From: a virus
Lineage: Duplodnaviria; Caudoviricetes
Strand: one strand, 5' to 3'
IMG/VR virus record: IMGVR_UViG_3300044709_000179
Location: 54,072-118,071 of that record
Length of the DNA stretch: 64,000 nt
The notes beneath the pieces are model-generated. The model ran no database searches and had not been told where the DNA came from. It saw only the letters and a program-made list of their open reading frames with translations. A program made the position numbers and the translations under genes. Each line of letters opens with the position of its first letter. Within the stretch, counting starts at the first letter, position 1. Of the stretch, positions 28,101 to 37,614 are shown in pieces.

Positions 28101-28729
28101 GCCGAAACTCCAACCGTTAGAAGGTCTTGGACTCGCGACCAGATCGCCTCTTCGAGCTCTTCCACCGCCCGCGTAGCGTCCAGCAGCAGGTACCGCTCGG
28201 GCGCCCGTGCCACGCAGTCCAGAAACCCCGCCCGCACCCGCTCGTGAAACGCCAAGTCTTCCCGCTCCAGCCGGTCCAGCACCCCATCCCGTGTGGCCCG
28301 TGCCAGCCCCACCTCTGGGTCGATGTCGAGCACGATCGTCAGGTCCGGCGTGAGCCCTTCTGTGGCCCAGCGCGACAGGTTGGCGACCACCTCCCGGTCC
28401 ATGCCGCGCCCCGCCGCCTGGTAGGCCAGCGACGAGTCCACGCCGCGGTCCTGGACGACGACGGTGCCCGCTTCGAGCGCGGGCCGGACCACCTCGGCGA
28501 CGTGCTGGGCCCGGTCGGCGGCGTACAGCAGTGCCTCCGTGCGTGGGTCCAGGCGTGACACGGGGTCGAGCAGCAGTTCGCGGATCACCTTGCCGGCGTT
28601 AGTGCCGCCCGGCTGGCGGGTCAGGACGGCGGAAATGTTGGCGGCGAGCAGGCGGGCGTGGAGGAGTTGGGCCTGCGTGGTCTTGCCACAACCGTCCCCA
28701 CCGTCTATCGCGACGAATAGGGCGCTCAT
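28097..28729 (-). CDS. tmk: Thymidylate kinase-like protein
   Basis: [30 protein letters not shown] and PDLT motifs. Confidence 0.9.
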   Translation of the reverse strand: MSALFVAIDGGDGCGKTTQAQLLHARLLAANISAVLTRQPGGTNAGKVIRELLLDPVSRLDPRTEALLYAADRAQHVAEVVRPALEAGTVVVQDRGVDSSLAYQAAGRGMDREVVANLSRWATEGLTPDLTIVLDIDPEVGLARATRDGVLDRLEREDLAFHERVRAGFLDCVARAPERYLLLDATRAVEELEEAIWSRVQDLLTVGVSA

Positions 28730-29265
28730 CGCTTACCGCCGGGAGTGGTCCGATCGAAGTTGCACACCCAGCCCGGGGTTGACGCGTAGTGCCACTCGCG
28801 AATGCACCAAAGCGCGATTGTGTCGCCTGGCTTCACCAGTGAGCAGCGGGTGTCGTCACAGCGGTACTCACCGCCGTCACCTTGCAGGCGAACCGCGTAG
28901 CTCTGCGTGGTTCCGCCATCGCCACCCAGCATCCGTACTCCCACCTCGGCGATGGTGCCTTCGACGTGGCGGTACGAGTGGTACTCCCACTGGTACGGGT
29001 AGAGACCCCACGCAAGGAGGCCGACGGCGATGACAGCGACCGAGGCCCCGGCGATCGCCATGCTGAGGCCGAGTAGCGGCCGGTCGTCGTATGAGTCGCG
29101 CTCCGGCATCCGGCGCCAGCGCAGACCGACGAGAGCGCAGATAACTGAGGCGACGAGGATGGCCGCGGCGATGCTGACGCCCACGATGAAGTCAATGCTG
29201 ATCACGATGTGCCAATCTGGTCGGTGCCGGCAGTTCGGTGGCAGTTGGCCGAGCGGGTACCACAC
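28726..29265 (-). CDS. Two-TM membrane protein with a C-terminal OB-like domain
   Basis: Two hydrophobic segments; start uncertain (29205 or 29265). Confidence 0.6.
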   Translation of the reverse strand: MWYPLGQLPPNCRHRPDWHIVISIDFIVGVSIAAAILVASVICALVGLRWRRMPERDSYDDRPLLGLSMAIAGASVAVIAVGLLAWGLYPYQWEYHSYRHVEGTIAEVGVRMLGGDGGTTQSYAVRLQGDGGEYRCDDTRCSLVKPGDTIALWCIREWHYASTPGWVCNFDRTTPGGKR

Positions 29266-29283
29266 CGCCCCGCCCGGCCCGTC

Positions 29284-29553
29284 TCAGTCGTCGTTGGACT
29301 TGCTCGACGTCGAGCCGAGCGAAGGCATCACCGCCATGAACAGCACCGCCCACCAGAAGCCGATGGTCGGAATCGTGTGCCACCAGTGCGCATGAGCGAC
29401 GCCGACGGCCAGCATGAACAGCCAGCCCTTGAGGAAGGTCAGCATCGCGCTGACGATGATGCCCTGGACGAACTTGCCAAGGGCGGCGGCCCGTCGTTCG
29501 GAGCGACGACCGCGCTGGATGAGTCGGTACGCCTCGGCGTAGTTGATGCTCAC
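29284..29553 (-). CDS. Small membrane protein
   Basis: Hydrophobic core and IPTIGFW motif. Confidence 0.6.
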   Translation of the reverse strand: MSINYAEAYRLIQRGRRSERRAAALGKFVQGIIVSAMLTFLKGWLFMLAVGVAHAHWWHTIPTIGFWWAVLFMAVMPSLGSTSSKSNDD

Positions 29554-29592
29554 GGGGATCCTTTCGTGGTGCGGGTTGGCGGGGTGGTAGAT

Positions 29593-30120
29593 CTAGGCGG
29601 CAGTAGCTTCCTCGACGACGTCCACGAGCGACATCCCGAGCACGCCGCCCAGGGCGCGCCACAAGCGCATCGGCGTAGCCGTCTTCAGCTCGCCGACCGG
29701 GTTCTCCATACGGTGAACCGCGCTCTCGCCGGCGCCGATCAGCGCGCCGAGTCGGGCGAGGCTGAGCCCCTGCCGAATCCGCTCGGCTCGGACTCGGGCC
29801 ATCAGATGCGAACCAAGGTAGGTCGGGTTGCCGGTCTGCGCGAACATCGCCGCCATGGATGTCGCGCACCGGTCCTCGACCTCCGGGAGTCCATCGAAGC
29901 GGAACGCCAGGTCGGTGCCCAGCCCGACGGCGGCGCGATGCAGGGTGGAGACGAACACGTTGGGATGCGGCCAGCGCTCCAACTCGCACAGGCGCGGCGG
30001 GCTGGTGCCCATGCGGTGGCTCATCTCGACCAGCGAGACGTGTGCGCTGAGGCGACGCCGACGCAGGTCGTCGGCCAGCGTCTGGATGGTGGCCTCGTCG
30101 TCTGGGTGTGGCGGGTTCAT
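29593..30120 (-). CDS. Tandem XRE-HTH protein
   Basis: Two HTH-like segments (SLVEMSHRMG..LER and LSLARLGALIG..RMEN). Confidence 0.7.
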   Translation of the reverse strand: MNPPHPDDEATIQTLADDLRRRRLSAHVSLVEMSHRMGTSPPRLCELERWPHPNVFVSTLHRAAVGLGTDLAFRFDGLPEVEDRCATSMAAMFAQTGNPTYLGSHLMARVRAERIRQGLSLARLGALIGAGESAVHRMENPVGELKTATPMRLWRALGGVLGMSLVDVVEEATAA

Positions 30121-30821
30121 GCCGCTACCTGCGCGCGGGCCTGCCACATTCGGGCCTTCTCGTTGCTGATCCGCAATGTGTTCCTGACGCTGGACCAGCG
30201 GTTGGCGGGAACGTGGTCGCGGAACAACACGACCTTCTCGGCGTCGGACAGTTCGCCGAACGCGCGCTTGCCCTTCAACGCGAGACTGATGGCCACCTCG
30301 TCGACCGTAGGCGCCGGCACCACCCGGATGCCGAGGCGCCCACCGAGGGCGCGGGCGTAGCGCTGATACGTGGACAGCAGCAACTCCCGGTCGGTCGCCT
30401 CGATCTTCCCGACCGCCGTGACGTAGAGCCCCATGCGAGCGGCAACGTCCGCCTGCGACAGGCTCCGCGCTCGACGGACGTCCGCCAGTTGCCGGAGGAG
30501 GTCGGTGCGGTGCCGCGCGTCGGCTTCGCTCGGCGACAGGTGCGGATATTCGGGCAGGTCGGATGCGTCGAGGCGCAGCAGTCGGAACCGGATGGCCCGA
30601 TCGAGACCGCGGGCGTGGCGCTGCACGTTGGCGACGATCGAGTCCTGGATCTGGAACGACTCCGCTTTCGAGATGACCGACTCCGACACGCCGATGTCTT
30701 CGGCGACGTCCAGTTGGGTCATGCCGAGGTCGACGCGGATCTGCCGGAGGCGCTGCGCGAGCGCTCGGCGGGACGCGATGTCGGCGGGGTAGTGCGGGGC
30801 GCGCGGGCCGGTCTTGGTCAT
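30117..30821 (-). CDS. Tandem XRE-HTH protein
   Basis: MTQLDVAEDIGVSES and LSQADVAARMG...KIE. Confidence 0.75.
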   Translation of the reverse strand: MTKTGPRAPHYPADIASRRALAQRLRQIRVDLGMTQLDVAEDIGVSESVISKAESFQIQDSIVANVQRHARGLDRAIRFRLLRLDASDLPEYPHLSPSEADARHRTDLLRQLADVRRARSLSQADVAARMGLYVTAVGKIEATDRELLLSTYQRYARALGGRLGIRVVPAPTVDEVAISLALKGKRAFGELSDAEKVVLFRDHVPANRWSSVRNTLRISNEKARMWQARAQVAA

Positions 30822-30831
30822 GGCGGTCTCC

Positions 30832-31176
30832 TCAGGCTGCCTGCTGGTTGCGGCGTGCCGCGCGGTGGCGAAGGATGGTGCGCCGAGACACCCCGAGCCG
30901 CTCCGCGCGCTGCCAGTCCTTCAGGTCGTAGCGGTCCAGCTGGGCAACCGCCGCGGTGCGCTCAACGGGTCGAAGTGCCATCGGGTGTCCGGCCACGGCC
31001 AGATCTACGGCGAGCTCATCGACGCCGCGGGCAGCCGTAGTACCGCAGGCGCGGCGGTTCGCCGCCCACTCGCGGGCGTAGGCGCGCTTCGTTTCCACCG
31101 CGTCGGGGCAGCGGCAGCCGTCCACTGTGTACGCGGTCAGGGTGCCGTGACGGGTCGCGTTGCACTGGGTGGTCAT
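30832..31176 (-). CDS. Zn-knuckle (HG..AY..GCRC) plus C-terminal HTH protein
   Basis: HGTLTAY.VDGCRC and AERLGVSRRTILR. Confidence 0.65.
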   Translation of the reverse strand: MTTQCNATRHGTLTAYTVDGCRCPDAVETKRAYAREWAANRRACGTTAARGVDELAVDLAVAGHPMALRPVERTAAVAQLDRYDLKDWQRAERLGVSRRTILRHRAARRNQQAA

Positions 31177-31645
31177 GACGGCGCTCCAGCCACATGCCGT
31201 TCCAGGGCCCGCGTCGCCGCGACCACGGATGCCAGCACCTCGCCGCGCAGCCGATCCGCCTCGCCGTCGGGCAGTGTCCGCCAGCCGCGCAGGTCGTACA
31301 TGAGCTTGGTGAACGTCCCAGACAGGCGCTGGGTGTCCCAGATGGCCACGCCGTCGACCAGCAGCGTGTAGTGGTGCGGCCATGCGTCGCGGAGGGCCTC
31401 GCGCCACGTCGCCTGGATCATGGGCCATTCGGTGACGTGGTTGGCGGGCTTCCATGTACCGGAGTCGTCCGTGCCGAAGTAGGCGCAGCCGTCGTTCCAG
31501 ACGGACGGGTGGTTGAGCCGGCCGTACGACTCGCCGCCGTAGGTCCACAGGGGCAGGTCGGCGGTCGGACCCAACGCCTCGTCGAGGCGTTGGCCGAGGA
31601 TGGACGGCAGGTCCATGTCAAAATCGTCGGCCCAGAAGCACTCGG

Positions 31646-32212
31646 TCATGACGATCCCACCAAGGCACCACACCGGACCCAGTCCACCGACAGCCCGGCG
31701 TCCATTGCCGCTACGTTCTCGTCCCAGTTGTCGCCGTCGAACGCGTCGAGCACGACCTGCACGCGGTTGCCACCATCGGCCAGCATCGACTCCACGTCGC
31801 CGTAGAACCACACCTGTACGCGGTTCTCTTCGCACCAGCGTTCGGCCACCACGTCCGCGGCTGTGAACTGGCAGCGGGTGGTGACCTCCATGCGCGGGTG
31901 GTGTGAGTGCAGCACATCGAGGCGGTGTCGGATCGTCGTGACCATGTCGGGCAACTCGGGAATGTCGACCCCGCCAAGGACGAGCACGCGGAACGGCGCG
32001 TCAAGGACGGAGCCGATCTGGTCGTACAGCGAGCGCAGCTCGGCCTCGGTGAACGACACGGAGTGGCTGGTGGTGCCGGGCCGGAAGCCGCGCGGCGGTC
32101 CGATGCGCACCTTGTACGGCTTGGGCTCGCCGTCGTGGAACGCGGCGTCCGGCTCAAGGTGGAGGCAGTCGCGGTCGGGGAGAGTCCACGGGAGCGGGTG
32201 CTGGTAGGTCAC
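31646..32212 (-). CDS. Hypothetical protein with a degenerate SLOG (DUF2493-like) C-terminal domain
   Basis: RVLVLGG...RLD.LH...ADVVAERW. Confidence 0.45.
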   Translation of the reverse strand: MTYQHPLPWTLPDRDCLHLEPDAAFHDGEPKPYKVRIGPPRGFRPGTTSHSVSFTEAELRSLYDQIGSVLDAPFRVLVLGGVDIPELPDMVTTIRHRLDVLHSHHPRMEVTTRCQFTAADVVAERWCEENRVQVWFYGDVESMLADGGNRVQVVLDAFDGDNWDENVAAMDAGLSVDWVRCGALVGSS

Positions 32213-32817
32213 GACGCCACCTCGACGCCCTGCTCACGCACCGAGTTGTCGGTGAACGCCGTGTACCCCATCGTGCCGTCGTCGAGCGCAAGACGGCCGA
32301 TGTTGTTCCAGGCGAAGACGAACCGGCCCGTCTGAACCGGCCAGCCCAACGGGTGCATGCTGGCCGGGGTGGTCCACCGCTGGTCGAGGGCGGGCGCACC
32401 GTTGCTCCTCGCGGAGGCTCGCCAGCCGGCCGCACCGCCGTGGTGGATGTAGAACTTCTCGATCTGCTCGCGCGCTTTGGCCGGGACCCAGTCGGGCCAT
32501 GCCCATTCGGTCTCGGCCTGCACGTTGGTGTCGAGTTGGTCGCTCATGATGTACTCCTTCCGTTGAGACGCGTCGGTCCCGGGTGGGGGTCTAGCCGGCG
32601 CGCCTCGGCTTGTCTCAGGCCTTCTCACGCCCCGGCTCGTGCATGCCCCGCGCCAGCGCGATCACGTCGGCGCGCATCGTGTCCAGCGGCGTCGCGTCGT
32701 CGACCGACGACATGTAGCGGGTGACCGCTTCGAGGCGGTTACGGCACACCTGAGCCTCGTGGCGGGCTGCGTCAGGGGGGGGGTTGGTGCGGGTGAGCTC
32801 GAACGGGAGTGGGGCGG

Positions 32818-33975
32818 TCATGAGCCGGGCCGCATCGACGCGATGAGCTGTCGGTGGGTGGGCTTCGGGGACTCCTCGTCGTTATCCAGGACGGCTGCCG
32901 AGTCGAGAACGAATGGCGCCCCGCGGGTTGCGGCGAACGTCAGAACCACCTCGGTACCGGCCTCGGCGGTAAGCGCCGCCAGTAGGTAGCGCACGCTCAT
33001 GGCGACCTTGGTTGGCGGTCCGTCATAGGCGCAAGCGATCTCCTCGGCCGTGGAGGCGTCCTGCCCCGAGCCGCACACCTGCACGACGCCCTCCGCGAAC
33101 GTGAGCGTCACCGACGGGAAGTCTTTGGCTGCGGTCATCAGGCGCACCCGGTCCAGCACCGGCTTGAGGTCGGCCACCGCGACCCGCGCAGGCGTCCGTG
33201 ACCGCTCCGGGAAGATGCCTCGCAGGTTGGGGTGGAACGGCTCACCGATCTGGCGGACCACCACGCTACGGGTCGCGGTTGACAGCCCCAGCAGCGTGTC
33301 AGTGCACCCGATGGTGACGGATCCGTCGTGCGCGAGGTCTGCGGCGACCGCCAGGAACTCGCCACCGTGCGGCAGTGCAGAGACGGCGTCCGTCGCGTGG
33401 GGCTGCCATGGAATGTCGATGTAGGCGGCGCGGTACCGGTCCGACGCCTCGACGGTCAGCAGGTCACCGAACTTCAGGTTGATGCCCGCCAGTGATGGCA
33501 CGCCCTTTTCTCCGGTCACGTCGCACGAGACGCCGACCAGCTTGACCGCCCGGGCCAATGCCGAGGCGTCCACCTCGCCTACGGTCGGCGGCAGTGCCGG
33601 GATGGTCACGAAGTCCTCAGCGATCATCAACGGCAGCGTCACCTTGGCCCGCCCGCACGTGATCGCCAACGAGTTGCCCTCGACGGTGGCTTGGACCGGC
33701 TTGTCGGGCAGCGTGCCCATCAGGTCGGCCAGCAGGCGCCCGGAGACGAGCACCTTGCCGTCGGAGCCCTCGACGTCCACCGTGGCCGTGGCGCTGGCGT
33801 TCTCGTTGTAGCCGGCCACCGTCAACACGCTGTCCGCGACGGTCAGCAGGATGCCGCCGTGGGCCGGGATGGTCGGGCGTGATGAGACGCGCTTGGCGGC
33901 CCAGGTAACGGCGCTGGCGAATGCGGTGCGGTCGGCAGTGAAGACGAGGCCAGTGCTGGTCAGGGTGGCGGTCAC
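32818..33975 (-). CDS. dnaN: DNA polymerase III beta sliding clamp
   Basis: 385 aa with RPTIP..GGILL, GKVLVSGRLL, ASDRYR and C-terminal MRP. Confidence 0.9.
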   Translation of the reverse strand: MTATLTSTGLVFTADRTAFASAVTWAAKRVSSRPTIPAHGGILLTVADSVLTVAGYNENASATATVDVEGSDGKVLVSGRLLADLMGTLPDKPVQATVEGNSLAITCGRAKVTLPLMIAEDFVTIPALPPTVGEVDASALARAVKLVGVSCDVTGEKGVPSLAGINLKFGDLLTVEASDRYRAAYIDIPWQPHATDAVSALPHGGEFLAVAADLAHDGSVTIGCTDTLLGLSTATRSVVVRQIGEPFHPNLRGIFPERSRTPARVAVADLKPVLDRVRLMTAAKDFPSVTLTFAEGVVQVCGSGQDASTAEEIACAYDGPPTKVAMSVRYLLAALTAEAGTEVVLTFAATRGAPFVLDSAAVLDNDEESPKPTHRQLIASMRPGS

Positions 33976-34227
33976 GCCGCACTCCGCAGCGCTGCACCGT
34001 CGACCTCTTCCGGGCCGACCAGTACGAGGCGTCGAACCGCGGTGCCGTTCCTGTTGACGTATCGCTCGTAGGTGATGGCGAACTCGGCGGTGACGACTTC
34101 GGCGAGGCGACGGCCAACGGTCTGGTCGGACTGTCCGGTGGACAGGTCGCCGAGGAACATCACGGCACGGTGGGTGGCGACGGGATCGGCGCCGGGATTC
34201 TCGAACATGACGGTTCCTTTCGGGGGG

Positions 34228-34791
34228 TTACGGGCGGCGACGGCGGCCGAGGATGAGCAGGGCGGCGCCGAAGTCGATCGCGGCTGCCCCGCCGACAACG
34301 AGGGCAACAAGACCCCACGGCGTCGATCCGGTCACCGGCAGTTCGGCGACGGCCGTCGTGGACGGGCTCGGCGTGGCCGCGGTGGAGGCGCTGCCGAAGG
34401 CCGTGGCGGTTGCGGTCGCAGACGGGGTGGCGCTGGGTGAGGTGGAAGGGCTGGCGCTCGGCGTCACGGAAGGCGACGCGCTGGCCGAGGTTGACGGGCT
34501 GGCGCTTGCTGACGGGCTGCACTTCTTCTGACACGCGCCGACCGGCCATGCGGTGCGGGTGCCCTTCGGCACTTCGGGCGAGTACTGCCAGTGCCAGTGG
34601 CCGCACGTCTCGCCGTCGCGCCGCTCGCACCGGTACGTCTGGCCCTTGTGCAGACCCTCCGCGCCGATCGTTTCGCAGGCGGCGCCAGGAACGACCCGGC
34701 TGGGAGTCGTGGCGAAAGCGATGCCGGCGGGCGCGAGCGTCAGGGCGGCGAACGCGGTGGTGGTGAGAAGGAACTTGGTCTTGGGCTTCAT
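34228..34791 (-). CDS. Secreted, sortase-anchored LPxTG surface protein
   Basis: Signal peptide (MKPKTK..AFA), 6-Cys domain, S/P/T/A stalk, ELPVTG, a TM helix and an RRRRP tail. Confidence 0.85.
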   Translation of the reverse strand: MKPKTKFLLTTTAFAALTLAPAGIAFATTPSRVVPGAACETIGAEGLHKGQTYRCERRDGETCGHWHWQYSPEVPKGTRTAWPVGACQKKCSPSASASPSTSASASPSVTPSASPSTSPSATPSATATATAFGSASTAATPSPSTTAVAELPVTGSTPWGLVALVVGGAAAIDFGAALLILGRRRRP

Positions 34792-34899
34792 TGCAGGACC
34801 CCCGCTTGCGTGATCAGTTTGTGCAGGTAGAAGCGGCTGTCAGATTTAGCATGACACACGCCGCGAGAATTTGATAGCCGCTATGGGACACTCATCCAC

Positions 34900-35124
34900 A
34901 TGGGCCCCCACAACGAGACGGTCATCGGAGTCCGCGCTACGACGGCGCGGCGCGACCTGGCGCACGAGGCACTCCACGAGCACGGATGGAAGCTCCAGGA
35001 GTTCGTGACGGCGTGCCTGGAGGCGGTCATAGCCGACCCGGCTAAGTTCCTGCGGCATGTCGCCCGGCACCGACCTGAACGCAAGGCCGCCGGACGCCCA
35101 CGCAAGCGCCAACCCGACGCCTAG
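34900..35124 (+). CDS. Small ribbon-helix-helix-like regulator divergent from the LPxTG gene
   Basis: IGVR...A...L....LQEFVTACL with a C-terminal GRPRK. Confidence 0.55.
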   Translation: MGPHNETVIGVRATTARRDLAHEALHEHGWKLQEFVTACLEAVIADPAKFLRHVARHRPERKAAGRPRKRQPDA

Positions 35125-35129
35125 CCCCT

Positions 35130-35441
35130 TCACGTCACGTCCCCCAGCACCGCCCGCACCTCAGCGAACGCCGCCTCCTCGGGCGACGGCTTCGGCTTGG
35201 TCTTGCGCCTGCGGTGAATCTTCGTCACGGCACCCGTGTTTGCGCTCCACTCCGACCCGTCCACCTCGTTGCGTGGCACGACGAACGCGTCCACGGCGTC
35301 GGCGTCATACCGGCGATGCAGTCCGGACGGTAGGCGGATGAAGGGCAGCTTGCCCGCGTCTGCGTAGCGGGTGACCGTGGTTGGATCCACTTGCAGGACC
35401 GCTGCCACCTCACCGCGCGTATACCAGCGGGGGACCTTCAC
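35130..35441 (-). CDS. BldC-like (MerR-type HTH_17) protein
   Basis: TRGEVAAVLQVDPTTVTRYADAGKLPFIRLPSGLHRRY closely parallels BldC (EVA.MFRVDPKTVTRWAKAGKL.SIRTLGGHRRY). Confidence 0.8.
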   Translation of the reverse strand: MKVPRWYTRGEVAAVLQVDPTTVTRYADAGKLPFIRLPSGLHRRYDADAVDAFVVPRNEVDGSEWSANTGAVTKIHRRRKTKPKPSPEEAAFAEVRAVLGDVT

Positions 35442-35974
35442 GCCGCCACCTCAATCGCGGCGTCCAGCGCCGCTGGCCACTCGACCCCACTCAGCGCCGT
35501 CCGATGCGTCTGCGGCATGACGACCATCGGCACCCCGAGGTGATCAGCGGCGAGCGAGGCAAGAATCAACGCGTCCGCCGAGTCGTTGCCACCTTGGAAC
35601 CAGTCGAAGCGGCGGGACACCTCGCGCATGATGTCGTCCTTATTGGCATTGCCCTTGCCCGTTGCGTAGCGCTTGACGTTCGACGGCGGCACGATTGCCA
35701 CCCGATCGTTTCGGCGCCAAAGCGCGTGGGTAATCAGCCACCACATGCCGGCAAGCTGGTGATAGGCGGAGCCCTTCGCCCCGAACGCGGGACCCTCCAC
35801 GGCGATGAGATCGGCACCCGCCGATCGGTCGAGGATTTCGGTGCGCAGGAAGGCGAGCCGCTCGTGGCCGCGAAGTTTCGCGGCCGGGCGGATCACGTCG
35901 GCCCAGCCCGCGTTGGATGCGATCCCTGTTGACGTCAGCGAGAGGTCGAGGCCGTAGACGCGTGGGGTGCTCAC
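35438..35974 (-). CDS. RuvC-like Holliday junction resolvase
   Basis: GLDLSLTSTG, VEG, VKRYATGKGNANK and DSADAL motifs. Confidence 0.85.
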   Translation of the reverse strand: MSTPRVYGLDLSLTSTGIASNAGWADVIRPAAKLRGHERLAFLRTEILDRSAGADLIAVEGPAFGAKGSAYHQLAGMWWLITHALWRRNDRVAIVPPSNVKRYATGKGNANKDDIMREVSRRFDWFQGGNDSADALILASLAADHLGVPMVVMPQTHRTALSGVEWPAALDAAIEVAA

Positions 35975-35994
35975 ACCGACCTCCGTACGTGTGG

Positions 35995-36909
35995 TCACGG
36001 CGCCACCTGCGCGATTGGCCACCCCGGCGTCATCGAGTCGAGCTTGGCGCCAAGGTCTTCCATGTCGAGTGCCGCAGCCGCGGCCCGCTCCTCGTCGCCC
36101 CGCTCCAACGCGGCGTCATAGGCATGCGTGGCCTCCATGAGGCCCTGCTGCCAGAATTCGGCGAGTCCTTCCGCCTGGTCCTCGGCCCATGTCGCTTGGT
36201 GCTCGTGCAACTCCATCGGCGACATGGCGGCCACCTTGGCGAACCACTGCGCGTCCTCGTCGCGGACCTTCTTCCACGTGGCCGACAGGCATGTCTGCTT
36301 GCGCATCAACTCGTGGCGGGGTAGGGCGCACCAGGACGCCATCTTCCACGCGACCCGCGCCGTGGTGAGCGCGTCATAGGCGGCACCGTGCGCCTGCTCG
36401 TCGTCCCACTCGACCCCGTAGATCGCGGCGAGCGTCTTGAGCGAGCGGGCGCCCTGATCCTCGGACACCCGCTTGCGGAAGCGGATCAGTCTGCGGTCGA
36501 TGACGATAGGGTCGATCACCGGTGCAATCGATCCGTCGAGACGATCGGTCAGTGACCGGATACCCAGCCGTGCTGCCTCGCACTGGAACACGGTGGCGTC
36601 ATATCTGGCATTTTGGATCAAGAGCACCGCGCCGTTGCGCATCGCCGCCGCGATTTCGCCGAGGAACAGGTCCAGCACGTCGGCGGCCGGCTTGCCCTCG
36701 GCCTGGATCTTCTCGTCCGTGATGTGGTGCACCTTGATCGAGTCCGGCGGTATCGGCATGCCGGGGTCCACGTAGGACTGTCGCAGGTCGAGCGGCTGGC
36801 CGGGAGTGACGTAGGCGGCGGCGATGTCTATGACGCGGGCCTCTTCGGCATACTTCGAGGTCGACTCGCAGTCGACACTGACGATGGGGGTGGTTGGTAG
36901 CCACAGCAT
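35995..36909 (-). CDS. DnaQ-like DEDDh 3'-5' exonuclease
   Basis: VDCEST, VHHITDE, NARYD and AHGAAYDA motifs. Confidence 0.88.
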   Translation of the reverse strand: MLWLPTTPIVSVDCESTSKYAEEARVIDIAAAYVTPGQPLDLRQSYVDPGMPIPPDSIKVHHITDEKIQAEGKPAADVLDLFLGEIAAAMRNGAVLLIQNARYDATVFQCEAARLGIRSLTDRLDGSIAPVIDPIVIDRRLIRFRKRVSEDQGARSLKTLAAIYGVEWDDEQAHGAAYDALTTARVAWKMASWCALPRHELMRKQTCLSATWKKVRDEDAQWFAKVAAMSPMELHEHQATWAEDQAEGLAEFWQQGLMEATHAYDAALERGDEERAAAAALDMEDLGAKLDSMTPGWPIAQVAP

Positions 36910-37614
36910 CAGGACCCACCGCTCTCTCCGTGCGTCTTCACGTGATCGAGCCCAAAGCGGATGAACCCGTCGAGGTCGTTGAAGGCGAAGTACGGCAAGC
37001 CGTTCACGTCCCGCTCGCTAACGCCCCCGATGTAGGCGATCGGCCAGTAGGCGGCAGCCTGACCCGGCGCGTTGATCGCGCATTCACCGCAGTGAAGTTC
37101 GACCCCTGTCCCCTCGTCCGCGACGAGTTGTAGGTAGTCGGGGATGCGGAAGGTACTCATAGCGTCCACTCCGGAGCGTCGCCCTGAAGCAAGTCCTCAG
37201 GAATCCCGTCGACCATCGCCCGGTAGAGCGGTGTCTTGCGCAGCCAAGCCACCGGGTCGGCGCTGCGGGCGTCTAGTTCGGCATCGAATGCGTCATGCGC
37301 CCAGTCGCTCATCAAGTCGAGGTGGCTGAAGCGAGGGCCAGATTCAACGACTTGGCCGTCCACCTCCCCGAACGCCATACGCATTGACGGTTCGCTCATG
37401 GCGCACGTCTCACCGACTCCATACATGAACTCGAACCACCCGGCGCGGCGCTCCATCCAGCGGGCGGCGCTGCGGCGCCAGGGCGTGCCCATGTCTGCGA
37501 CGCGCACGATGGGGCGGACCTTTGGCTTCCAGTGGGTTCCCTGGTTCAGGTAGGCGTAGATAAGGTATGCCTGCGCCTTGAGGTCGGCGGCGGTCACCGG
37601 TTTGCGGGCGTCGT

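Noticed and set aside
32775-32783. G9 homopolymer as a phase-variation site
   Set aside because: A single in-frame tract encoding Pro codons in a small hypothetical gene; no further support.
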